Source: a virus (lineage: Duplodnaviria > Caudoviricetes). Taken from it: DNA of 28,686 nt. Every line of letters starts with the position of its first letter. The first letter of the stretch is position 1. Of this stretch, positions 18,601-26,459 are shown piece after piece. The position numbers and the translations under genes were made by a program. The notes under the pieces were generated by a model. It was not told the DNA's origin and did no database searches. It saw only the letters and a list, made by a program, of their open reading frames with translations. Location: the IMG/VR virus record IMGVR_UViG_3300037313_001108, positions 1 to 28,686 of that record; one strand, given 5' to 3'.

Positions 18601-18702
18601 ATCAATGCCCGCCTGGACCGACTCCAGAACGAAATGCCGGGCCTGATCGTGTCGACGATGGAAGACGCGCGCTCGCGCTTCATTTGGAGGGCCAGGGCGT
18701 GA
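15667..18702 (+). CDS. Tail tape measure protein with an internal CHAP/NlpC-P60-like (TIGR02594-like) domain
   Basis: 1011 aa, Ala-rich and helical. QLSFQANDVAQQ...FAQQSGQ; TAWCAAFVN...GDIVV...HVGF...VLGGN; C-terminal FATG...VGEHGPE. Confidence 0.92.
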   Translation: MGRPQVSIRLGTTGRGDVEKDLTAIGDVGDAQARRYQASWERASREAEAALERQEKAAARLQSVSQSPIQRQINATTGVGAVQSGNAKAAAAALAAELDRAESEARQLIASIDPLFAAQQRYEAQIARINAVRATGQLTEERYQQLLANEKTVLDQATAAGLRNAQMRGTMRMGMQQLSFQANDVAQQMALGVAAERIFAQQSGQVVQALQIMGGEGNAFLRFLGGPWGLALTTAAVVLTPFIGKLFAAGESVDDLVEKLQKEARQSALTDEAHRAFATTLEGVTEALNKNRDALKGLSEQGKSAAEQALAHAKAQLTVAEVNKFAAQSEINYTRALLERNRESAKVAGMDPRVAGPLLADADAAQGRLDALQAELANWTAAINTARSQVTEAESHMAVEAGMRDGVEAIRRKYEGANGLIEQTRQRLVNEKATSAEIEKQVRLLHDRETTEIKAAQDRDRKAPANAGGTAIFNEQIASFFDAAAKYRGMSETSNKGVLEAFFREANINLDPEKTAWCAAFVNAVLATQGVKGTGSLAAHSFLNFGKDDTKSPQRGDIVVVKSAGSPSGEHVGFLDSIDKAGNVSVLGGNTGNKVASSTFSKSQVLAIRRPPTPAESAALADKAANDAKQAQEAFDNERAQLNQQLLQELGKVALGYENQAAVQMRIAQAEHDREAQQIAANLADGKYGDATSKLAQTRAEELQHANDAKLAAQKAAISLKSYVASLEEQDSKNEQLTQFKIDELEYEDRHARTAKRHLDIQLQIIDLAFEEKESHLKYLIYLAELNGETKKAADLQRELNNLPREKARAQGDARSDEGNKTPFEQYRDSLPGIDQMGDQTQGAFVDGLKKLNEGLDDAIMKSKNFHDLWKNMKAVFHDVAASILKDLIDMSIKMLIIKPLLNLITGAPAFATGTEYAPGGMALVGEHGPELVGLPRGSKVHTAADTRRMMAANDAGPALSLTFQNDFRGADADAVSAINARLDRLQNEMPGLIVSTMEDARSRFIWRARA

Positions 18703-19736
18703 AGGCGCCGATCGAAATGCCGACGTCGGGCGCGGCGCTGCAGCAGTTCGAACTGCAGCGCATCGACTATCAGGCGCCCGAAGCGAGCGGCCGCATCGGC
18801 GGCGTCCAGGCCGGCTTCCCTTTATGGCTGGCAAGCTGGTCGCTGGGCGCGATCGGCGTCGACCGGTCGGACGACTGGCGGTCGTTCCTGTCCGAAATGC
18901 GCGGCGCAACGCGGCGCTTCCTGGGCCGCGACCTGGGGCGGCCTTATCCCAAGGCGCATCTGTCGGGATTTGCCGGCATGACGCGCCCCGATGCGTCGCC
19001 CTTCGACGGAACCGCGGGGGCTTCGGCGAGCGGCGACATTGCCTTTTCGGGCCAGCCCGCGGCCGATTCGACCATCACCATCAACGGGACCGTCTTCACC
19101 TTCAAGGCGGCGGGCGCGACCGGCAATCAAATCAACATCGGGGCGACTCTGTCGGATACGCTCGACAATGCGGTGACCGTGCTGAATGCCAGCGTCGTTT
19201 CCGGGGTCGCCGCTGCGACCTATTCGAAGACCGGCACCGACACGCTGCACGTCGCGCACGACACGCCGGGCACGGCGAGCAACAGCTTCACGCTCGCCGC
19301 CGGCGCCGGGTCGAACGGCACGCCCAGCGGCGCGACGCTTTCGGGCGGCGCCGTTGGCTGGTCGGAAACCATCACCGCCGACGGCGACAGCCAGCTGACG
19401 CTGCATAATCTTCCGCCCGAAGTGCTGACGCTGGGCACGGGCGACTATATCGGGTTCCGCTGGCCGGCGACCGAAAGCAGCGTCGCCGGCCTGACCTGGC
19501 ACGCGCCGGTCAGGGTCGTGCGCAACGGCGGCGGCGTCGCCGACGCGCTGGGCGACCTGACCGTCACCTGCGAACCGCCCGTGCCGTCAGTCGTGCCCGC
19601 CGGCGCGGTCGCCTATCTCGAGCGGCCCGCCGCCGTCTTCGCCCTGGTCACCGGGCAGTCGAAGCTGGAAGGCATCGACCGCCGCCTGGCCGTCCGCGGG
19701 GGCACGATCGCCGGCGTCCAGGACCTTCGGGCCTAG
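18699..19736 (+). CDS. Distal tail (Dit-like) protein with a ~109-aa inserted domain
   Basis: GTG 18699 overlaps the tape measure stop, GGAGG RBS at 18686-18690. PLWLASWSL...WRSFLSEMRG..RRF; first gene after the tape measure. Confidence 0.7.
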   Translation: MKAPIEMPTSGAALQQFELQRIDYQAPEASGRIGGVQAGFPLWLASWSLGAIGVDRSDDWRSFLSEMRGATRRFLGRDLGRPYPKAHLSGFAGMTRPDASPFDGTAGASASGDIAFSGQPAADSTITINGTVFTFKAAGATGNQINIGATLSDTLDNAVTVLNASVVSGVAAATYSKTGTDTLHVAHDTPGTASNSFTLAAGAGSNGTPSGATLSGGAVGWSETITADGDSQLTLHNLPPEVLTLGTGDYIGFRWPATESSVAGLTWHAPVRVVRNGGGVADALGDLTVTCEPPVPSVVPAGAVAYLERPAAVFALVTGQSKLEGIDRRLAVRGGTIAGVQDLRA

Positions 19737-19739
19737 CCG

Positions 19740-20855
19740 ATGAAGACCATCGCTGCGCCGGCGATGGCGGCGATCGAAGCCGGCGAAGCGATCGTCGGCG
19801 GCGCGGTCGAAATCATCCCCCTGACAATCGTCACGCCGGGAACGGAGTCGATCGCCTGGTCGACCGTGACGACGGTCAATCTCAGCGCCCTGACCAACGC
19901 CGCGACGACAGCCGCTGGCGGGCTGACCGCGGGCATCCTGGTCAGTGGGTTCGACCCTTCAGACAAAGTGCGCGTGTCGCTGCCGTCGGGCGGCACCTAT
20001 GCCGCCTGGTCGGAATGGGGCGACCCGTCGCCGATCAGCTACACGCCGCCTAAAAGCGGCGCGATCGCGCGGTTCGACGTCATTCCCGACGGCGATGCCG
20101 CCCGCACCTTCGCCGTCGGCAGCAACCAGGTCTATGACGGCTATGAGGCCGCGCGCGCCGCGTTCGTGCGCCAGACCTTCACCGGCGCGTCGTCCTATCG
20201 CTTCTATATCAAAGACAATCCGACGACCGACAATTCGGGCGGTCTTTCCATCCTGGTCGAAAAGGGGGTCGTCACGTCGACCGGCGGCGGCTCGAGCAGC
20301 GGCACGCCGCTGCGCCTTTGGGGCGGCTACGGGACGCTGAACATCGACGGCGAAGACTTCCTTCCGCTGGGCAACAGCGCCGTCGCGCAGAAGACTGCCG
20401 GCGCGCTTGGCGGCGTCGCGCAGGGCCTGACGTTGGGCCTGTCGGGGATAGACCCTTATGCGCTGAGCCTGCTGGACGATGCCGACCAGTATCAGGGCGC
20501 GTCTGTCGTCACCTACCGGCTGATCTTCGCGCCCGACGGCAAGACCCTGCTGGACGCGCACGTCTTCGACCGCGGCCGCATTGACACGATCGACAGCGAC
20601 GAAACGATCGGCGCGACCGCTGCGATCATGGCAGCGATCGAAAGCGCGGCGCGGGGCCTGGGCCGCAGCGGGTCGCGGCAACGGTCGGACAGCGACCAGC
20701 GGCTGATCGCGGAGAACGACGGCTATTTCAAGAACGTCGCCTATGCGGGCCAGAAAATGCTCTATTGGGGCGGAAAGAGGCCCGCCATCGCCGGTGCAGC
20801 AGTGGGCCGCAGCACGGGCGGCTTCTGGGGCGACGGCCGGATGGTCAGCCAGTGA
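19740..20855 (+). CDS. Tail tip/baseplate hub-like protein with an inserted putative lectin-like domain
   Basis: PLRLWGGYG.L.IDG, FDRGRID, RSDSDQRLI..NDG.F..V......YWG pattern; position between Dit and NlpC genes. Confidence 0.65.
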   Translation: MKTIAAPAMAAIEAGEAIVGGAVEIIPLTIVTPGTESIAWSTVTTVNLSALTNAATTAAGGLTAGILVSGFDPSDKVRVSLPSGGTYAAWSEWGDPSPISYTPPKSGAIARFDVIPDGDAARTFAVGSNQVYDGYEAARAAFVRQTFTGASSYRFYIKDNPTTDNSGGLSILVEKGVVTSTGGGSSSGTPLRLWGGYGTLNIDGEDFLPLGNSAVAQKTAGALGGVAQGLTLGLSGIDPYALSLLDDADQYQGASVVTYRLIFAPDGKTLLDAHVFDRGRIDTIDSDETIGATAAIMAAIESAARGLGRSGSRQRSDSDQRLIAENDGYFKNVAYAGQKMLYWGGKRPAIAGAAVGRSTGGFWGDGRMVSQ

Positions 20856-21394
20856 GGCGCGGCGTTTCGGCGCGGGCGCGGGACTATGCCGCGCTGGTCG
20901 CGTTCATCGACAGCCGGCAGAACGTGCCGCACGCATGGGGGCGCCGGGCGAACGATTGCGCCGGCTATGCGCTGGACGCCGTTGCCGCCCAGGTCGGGTT
21001 CGACCGCGCCGCCGACCTTGACTGGTCAGACCGTAGCGAGGGGCTGAGGGTCATCGCCCGCTTCGGGACTATTTTGCCCGACCCATCCAATCCAACCGCA
21101 GTCGGGGGGCTGGAAGCCGCGTTCGACCATTATTTCGTGCGCATCCCGCCCGCCCATGCGCAACGGGGCGACATCGCCGGCGTGCCCGACGCGACCTTCG
21201 GCATTCACCCGATGATCGTCGAAGGGCTGCAGCTGGTCGGTCCTGGCGACCGGGGCAACCGGCGTCAGCCGCGCAAGGCCATGACGATTGCCTGGTCGGC
21301 GGTGCTGCCGAAGCCAGCTGAGCCTGCGAAGCCGAAGCCGAAGCCGAAGACGAAGAAGCGCAAACCGAACAACCCAACCGGAGCCGGTAAATGA
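20852..21394 (+). CDS. NlpC/P60-like tail assembly protein (gpK/DUF6950-like)
   Basis: GTG 20852 by GTGA overlap; PHAWG...NDCAGYA, AQRGDIA; Lys/Pro-rich C-terminal tail. Confidence 0.7.
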   Translation: MRRGVSARARDYAALVAFIDSRQNVPHAWGRRANDCAGYALDAVAAQVGFDRAADLDWSDRSEGLRVIARFGTILPDPSNPTAVGGLEAAFDHYFVRIPPAHAQRGDIAGVPDATFGIHPMIVEGLQLVGPGDRGNRRQPRKAMTIAWSAVLPKPAEPAKPKPKPKTKKRKPNNPTGAGK

Positions 21395-24057
21395 GCAAGG
21401 TTGCCGGCTTCATCATCGGCGGACTGGAAATCATCGCCGGCGTCATCCTGGTCGCGACCGGCGTCGGCGCAACGCTGGGCGTTGGCCTGATCATTTCCGG
21501 CGCGACGATGATCGTCACCCAGGCGATCGTCGACCTGACCATGCCGAAGACGCCGGCGCGCCAGGCGTCGGAAATGTCGGTCGCGCTGGGCGAACAGCCG
21601 CGTAGCGCCTTCTTCGGCGAGGGCTTCACCGCCGGGTCGCTGGTCGACGTCTTCAACTATGGCGGGAAATACGGCACCGACTGGGAAGTCCAGATCGTCC
21701 GCCTGGCCGACCATGAATGCGAGGGCCTGACCAGCTTCCTGGTCAACGACATCAACGTCAATTACACCGGCGACGGGGCGGTCAGCGGCTATAACGGGCA
21801 GCTGGAAATCTATTTCCGGTCGGACACGACCACCCAGGCGCTGCCGGCGGTCGTCACGCGATACGGCCCGAAATGGTCGTCCGGCGACCGCGGCGAATCC
21901 GGCTGCGACGTCGTCGTCGCCTACAAGGCCGACGAACCCGACGCCGAAAACCCGGTCTGGACCGGCGGGAGGCCGCGCTTCGGCTTCGTGCTGAAGGGCA
22001 AGCTTTGCTATGACCCGCGCAAGGATTCGACGGTCACCGGCGGGTCGGGAACGCACCGCTGGGACGACCCGACGACCTGGGAATGGTCCGAAAACCCGGC
22101 GGTCTGCCGTTACAACTGGGCGCGCGGCATCTATGCCAACGACGACGTCGACGACCCGTCGGCGCTGCTGGTCGGCAGGGGCCTGAGCGCGGCCGAAGCG
22201 CCGCCCGAAAATATCTTCGCCGCCGCCAATTTGTGCGACGAAGACCCCGGCGACGGCAGCGCGGTGCGCTACCGCGTCGCCGGCCCGGTCTATGCCAACC
22301 AGGAACATCTGGAAGTCGAACAGATGTTCGCGCTGGCCTGCGCGGGCACGGTCGTGACGCGCGAAGGATCGGTCGAGCTCGAGCCGGGCCAGGCCAAAAG
22401 CATCACGATGACCTTCACCGACGACGACATCGTCGTCGGCACGAAGGTCAGCTGGAATCACCGCATCCTTTCGGAATCGAATGCGGAATGGGTGAACACG
22501 GTCGTCGCCCGCTATGTCGAGCCGACACAAAAGTGGAACGACTTCGCCGCGCCGGTCGTGCGGTCGATCGCCGACATATTCGCCGACGGGAAGCCCAGGG
22601 AGGCGACCATCACGCTGCGCCTGGTCAAAGACCAGAAGCAGGCGCTGCGCATCGCCGAAATCCAGCGGCGGCTGGGGCGTCTATGGGGGCGCGGCCAGGT
22701 CACGCTGGGGCCGCGCTTCTGCGAAACCGAGGAAGGCGACTGGGTCCAGTGGCAGTCCGACCGCTTCGGCTTCACCATCACGTTCAGGGTCGAAGCCTAT
22801 CAGATCGACGAAAAGTGGCAGAACACGCTGACCCTGCGCGAAATCAGTTCGACCGTGTTCGGCGATGGCACCGAAGATGCCACGACTGTCGAATGGTCTA
22901 TTGTCGGGGTCGTTGACCTCAGCGCGGTGACGAACGCGACAAAGGACGAAGCGGCGGCGCTTGCCGGCATCGGTAAAACACTGAACGGCTTCGACCAGAC
23001 CGACCAGGTGCGCCTCTCGTTGCCGACGGGCCAAACCTATGTGGCGAGCCTGAACGACCGCTATTTCGGTTTCTATTCGTCGGGCTTCCGGGTCATCAAA
23101 GACGGTGACACGGGCAGTCCATACGACTGGACCAGTGGTCCGTTCAGCACGGCAGAAGCCGCGCGTGCTGCATTCCCCGGCGTGACGCTGACCGGAGCGG
23201 AGTCCTATACCTTCCACATTTGGGACGACGTGCTGGGCGACAACAGCGGCGGCGTGTCGATCATGGTCGAACGCGGGCGGGTGACAAGCCTGCCGGACAA
23301 TTCGGAAGTCAACCCGACTGACCCGCCGCCGGCGATCGGCGCGCCGGATGTCGCGAACTGGTCGCTGGCTGCTGTCACACTGGCGAACGGGGGGGTCAGC
23401 GTGCCGGCGCTGGAAATCACCGGCGACGCGAGCGACGACACGACCGCCGAAGCGATCGTCTTCGAATATTGGAAAGCTGACGGCGTCATCGACCCGGTCG
23501 CCAATCCCGACGCGCCGACCTGGACCGTCTATGCCGCGCTGACGCGATCGACGACGAAGGTCGACATCACCGGCATTGAAGGCGGCCAGGACTATTATGC
23601 CGCCGTCACCTATATCGTCAGCGGAATCCGCGGCAGCCGCCTGGTGCTTGGGCCGGTCACCGCGACCAGCATCGACGTATCTGGCGCGATCGACGGCGCT
23701 GCGTCGGCAGCGCTGACCGCCAGCGAAGCGATCGCCGCCGGCGACTTCGTCAATATCTATAGTTCGTCGGGGGCAAAGGTCCGCAAGGCCAACGCGACCG
23801 ACGACACGAAGCCCGTCAACGCCTTCGCACAGTCGGCGATCGCCAGCGGCGCTGCCGGTTCGGTGCGCGGCGCGGGCGGGAAGATCAGCGGCCTGTCGGG
23901 CCTGACGCCCGGCGCGACCTATTATCTCGCGACGACCGGCGGCGCCATCACGACGACCCCGCCGTCGGGGTCTGGAAACCTGGTCCAGGAAATCGGCGTC
24001 GCCGTTTCCGCGACCGAACTGCTGTTCAATCCGAGGGTAGGGGTGACCGTGTCATGA
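21391..24057 (+). CDS. Central tail fibre/tip attachment protein (gpJ-like) with inserted and C-terminal accessory domains
   Basis: G..CYDPRKDST..GGSGTHRWDDPTTWEWSENPA, AANLCDE, NTVVARYVEP..KW, TLTLRE; 888 aa. Confidence 0.88.
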   Translation: MSKVAGFIIGGLEIIAGVILVATGVGATLGVGLIISGATMIVTQAIVDLTMPKTPARQASEMSVALGEQPRSAFFGEGFTAGSLVDVFNYGGKYGTDWEVQIVRLADHECEGLTSFLVNDINVNYTGDGAVSGYNGQLEIYFRSDTTTQALPAVVTRYGPKWSSGDRGESGCDVVVAYKADEPDAENPVWTGGRPRFGFVLKGKLCYDPRKDSTVTGGSGTHRWDDPTTWEWSENPAVCRYNWARGIYANDDVDDPSALLVGRGLSAAEAPPENIFAAANLCDEDPGDGSAVRYRVAGPVYANQEHLEVEQMFALACAGTVVTREGSVELEPGQAKSITMTFTDDDIVVGTKVSWNHRILSESNAEWVNTVVARYVEPTQKWNDFAAPVVRSIADIFADGKPREATITLRLVKDQKQALRIAEIQRRLGRLWGRGQVTLGPRFCETEEGDWVQWQSDRFGFTITFRVEAYQIDEKWQNTLTLREISSTVFGDGTEDATTVEWSIVGVVDLSAVTNATKDEAAALAGIGKTLNGFDQTDQVRLSLPTGQTYVASLNDRYFGFYSSGFRVIKDGDTGSPYDWTSGPFSTAEAARAAFPGVTLTGAESYTFHIWDDVLGDNSGGVSIMVERGRVTSLPDNSEVNPTDPPPAIGAPDVANWSLAAVTLANGGVSVPALEITGDASDDTTAEAIVFEYWKADGVIDPVANPDAPTWTVYAALTRSTTKVDITGIEGGQDYYAAVTYIVSGIRGSRLVLGPVTATSIDVSGAIDGAASAALTASEAIAAGDFVNIYSSSGAKVRKANATDDTKPVNAFAQSAIASGAAGSVRGAGGKISGLSGLTPGATYYLATTGGAITTTPPSGSGNLVQEIGVAVSATELLFNPRVGVTVS

Positions 24058-24866
24058 AGTTTATGAGGATTGCGATTGCTGCGCTGGCCCTGGCGGCGCA
24101 GCTTCTCTCCGCGCCGGCCTTCGCCGCCGCCGACAAGCCGCTGGTTATCGAAAGCGGCAAGATCAAGCAGCTGCCAGGCTCGACGACGCTGCAGGTCAAT
24201 GCGTCGGGCACCGGCGCCGCCAGCATCAACATCCCGCACGGCACCGCGCCGACCAGCCCGACGAACGGCGATTGCTGGACGACGACCAGCGGGCTGTTCT
24301 GCTACATCAACGGCGCGACCGTCGGCCCTTATGGCGGCGGCGGCAGCAGCATCGCCGCCAAGGATGAAGGGACGACGCTGACCAGCGCGGCGACGTCGTT
24401 CGACTTCGTCGGGGCCGGCGTCACGGCGACGAACAGCAGCGGCGCGGTGACGGTCACAGTTCCGGCTGGTGCCGGGGCCGTAGCCGCGAGGGTGGATACC
24501 CCCCAATCTGCAACCTCGCTCACCTACACCGATCTGACAACCACCGGTCCTGCCGTCACGCTAACGACGGGGACCAGCGCAATAGTCTTCCTCAGCGCGA
24601 ACGTGACCAAGCCGCTGGGAGGGCTGGGCAATAACGGTTATATCAGCGTCGCCGTATCCGGTGCCACGACGCTCGCCGCCAGCGACACGAACGGAACGAC
24701 TGTCTCCTATCCGACCAGCGGCGGCGGGTTCGCCTTCCCGTTGATGGCGGTCGTTTATCTCACGGGCCTAACGGCCGGCTCGAACACCTTCACCATGAAA
24801 TATAGGATCAACGGCGGCAATGCTTGGCAATTCGGCACCCGCACCATTTCGGTCGTGCCCCAGTAA
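24054..24866 (+). CDS. Fibre/spike-like Ser/Thr/Gly-rich protein with a predicted Sec signal peptide
   Basis: MKFMRIAIAALALAAQLLSAPAFA|AADKPLVI; NIPHGTAPTSPTNGD.WTT and DEGTTLTSAATSFDFVGAGVTA fibre-like segments; beta-rich C-terminal domain. Confidence 0.65.
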   Translation: MKFMRIAIAALALAAQLLSAPAFAAADKPLVIESGKIKQLPGSTTLQVNASGTGAASINIPHGTAPTSPTNGDCWTTTSGLFCYINGATVGPYGGGGSSIAAKDEGTTLTSAATSFDFVGAGVTATNSSGAVTVTVPAGAGAVAARVDTPQSATSLTYTDLTTTGPAVTLTTGTSAIVFLSANVTKPLGGLGNNGYISVAVSGATTLAASDTNGTTVSYPTSGGGFAFPLMAVVYLTGLTAGSNTFTMKYRINGGNAWQFGTRTISVVPQ

Positions 24867-25973
24867 CGCCGCGCGACCGAGAATCAGCGCAGTGGCGCAC
24901 AACATGATCATGGGATTCAGCGCAACCTGGACGGTCAGGTTATCGACGATCAGCCAATAGCCTTTCGGTGCCAGAAGCAGCAGGCAAGCGGCCCTGACTG
25001 TCCACCCCCGCGCCAGGACCAGCGGAGCCACGAAAACGAGCAAGTGATAGTCTGCGAACACCGTCGTCGCGAGCGCAGTAGCGGCGGTGCAGATGAACAC
25101 GAAGTCGCCATAGCCGATCTTCCGTTCGGCGAAGGTCATCCATCCGGTGATCAGCGGCAGCAGACCGATCATCGTCGCGAGCAAATAGGCGTGCGGCCAG
25201 CCCAGCGCCCAAAGCGCGCCATAGGCCGACGACCCGCCTGGGACCCCGTCGCCGCGGTCTGCATAGAGGCTGGCATAATGAGCGAGGCCGCGGAAGAAGG
25301 TCGGCAGGTCATAGGCTGGCCATAGGGCGTGCGCGACGGGCAGACTGGCGACGAACAGAATGGCGGACACGCCGGCCGTCTTCGGAATAAAGCGCCAGTC
25401 AATGAAGGCGAGCGGCAGCGCGCAAAACGCGGCGTTCGGTCGGATATTGACCGCGATGGCGAATAAGAAAGCTGCAGTCCAATCTGGCTGTCGCCGAACG
25501 AGCGCGGCAACCAGGCAAATGCCAGTAATGCCCGCATAAAAATTGCCGCGGTCGATGATGAGGACGGCCGGATAGGTGAAAAGCGCGGCTGCTGCCCAAA
25601 GTCGGCTTCTCGTTAGATTCAGCATCATCAGCGCGAGGCTCAAGGCGAAACCGCCGACGGCCGCAAAATAGAGAAAGACGGGGCTTATCAGGCCGAACGC
25701 TTGCCGGAAAATCAGCGACAGTGCCATCGAGAACGGCGGAAGGTGAAATAGGCCGACGACCTTGTAGTCATCGCTCGTGGCGTAGTGGTCGACCAGCCAT
25801 TGCGCCGGTCCGCGCGCGACCGAAGGACCAGGCATCGCCAGAATGACCTTCAGGAAGTCGGCTGCGCGGTCATGGTCGGACATCTGCGCGGTTGCGACCC
25901 AAAGCACCATTGCCGACGCGAGAACGACGAACGCAACTCCGGCGCGACCTTTCGCGCCAATCACATGGAACAC
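24768..25973 (-). CDS. Polytopic membrane glycosyltransferase, GT-C fold (GT87/DUF2029-like); moron
   Basis: Many hydrophobic segments; HLPPF, YPAVLIIDRGN, AIAVNIRP, FADYHL resemble GT87 motifs. Only credible full-length minus-strand gene. Start codon uncertain (GTG 25973 or 25964). Confidence 0.7.
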   Translation of the reverse strand: MFHVIGAKGRAGVAFVVLASAMVLWVATAQMSDHDRAADFLKVILAMPGPSVARGPAQWLVDHYATSDDYKVVGLFHLPPFSMALSLIFRQAFGLISPVFLYFAAVGGFALSLALMMLNLTRSRLWAAAALFTYPAVLIIDRGNFYAGITGICLVAALVRRQPDWTAAFLFAIAVNIRPNAAFCALPLAFIDWRFIPKTAGVSAILFVASLPVAHALWPAYDLPTFFRGLAHYASLYADRGDGVPGGSSAYGALWALGWPHAYLLATMIGLLPLITGWMTFAERKIGYGDFVFICTAATALATTVFADYHLLVFVAPLVLARGWTVRAACLLLLAPKGYWLIVDNLTVQVALNPMIMLCATALILGRAALLGHDRNGAGAELPSIAAVDPIFHGEGVRAGR

Positions 25974-26072
25974 CGCGGCCCCCTAGCTAACCGAGCCGGG
26001 CCACTTAACCGAAGTTAAACACCCACGACAAGCGCCGGCGTCTTCCGGCTGACTGAAAAGGGGACAGGCCCA

Positions 26073-26459
26073 GTGGACAATCTGCTGTCGACGCTGGTCG
26101 GCGTCGCCATCGGCGGGGCCGCGCCCTGGCCGGCCAAGGGACTGTGGCGGGTGCTGCGCGGGCACGTCGCCATCAGCGCCGCGACGAAGGCCGCCGAAGA
26201 GGCTCGCGAGCAAAGCGAAATCGAACGGCTGGTCGCGCGCTGCACCGACCTTGAAGACCTTGTCGACCTGCTGCGCAAGGCGCTGGACAAGCACCTGATC
26301 AGGGAAAGCGCGATCGCGTCGGCCTGCGAACTGCTGATCGCGCTGGTGAAGCTGGTCGACAAGCCGAGCGCGGCAATGCTGCACATTCGCGACCGCGCCC
26401 AGCGCATCCTGATCGACGCGCAGGCGCACATTTCCAGCATCAACCGGGGGGACAAATGA
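26073..26459 (+). CDS. Hypothetical protein, N-terminal hydrophobic segment plus coiled coil (lysis-cassette associated)
   Basis: GTG start after AAAGGGGA; LLSTLVGVAIGGAA followed by a helical charged region. Confidence 0.65.
   Translation: MDNLLSTLVGVAIGGAAPWPAKGLWRVLRGHVAISAATKAAEEAREQSEIERLVARCTDLEDLVDLLRKALDKHLIRESAIASACELLIALVKLVDKPSAAMLHIRDRAQRILIDAQAHISSINRGDK

Noticed and set aside
5539-18702. Gene transfer agent (RcGTA-like) cluster
   Set aside because: Has its own replication genes, putative origin, cos site, gpA-type terminase and lambda portal, unlike the headful-packaging RcGTA gene set.
13848-23286. Duplicated tail segments as a DGR template/variable repeat pair or invertible shufflon
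   Set aside because: No reverse transcriptase or invertase in the window. Both copies are in-frame coding, in direct orientation, and differences are not adenine-specific.
192-23504. Many long minus-strand and alternate-frame ORFs (e.g. 192-1547, 5194-6423, 9984-11597, 13404-14780, 15988-17379, 21265-22530)
   Set aside because: Shadow ORFs of GC-rich + strand genes: no motifs, Arg/Pro-rich or antisense-typical composition, and fully overlapping well-supported genes.
26005-26018. TTAA-CCGAAG-TTAA between the GT gene and the lysis cassette as a CtrA box
   Set aside because: Spacer is 6 nt rather than the canonical 7; at best a half-site, so not supportable.
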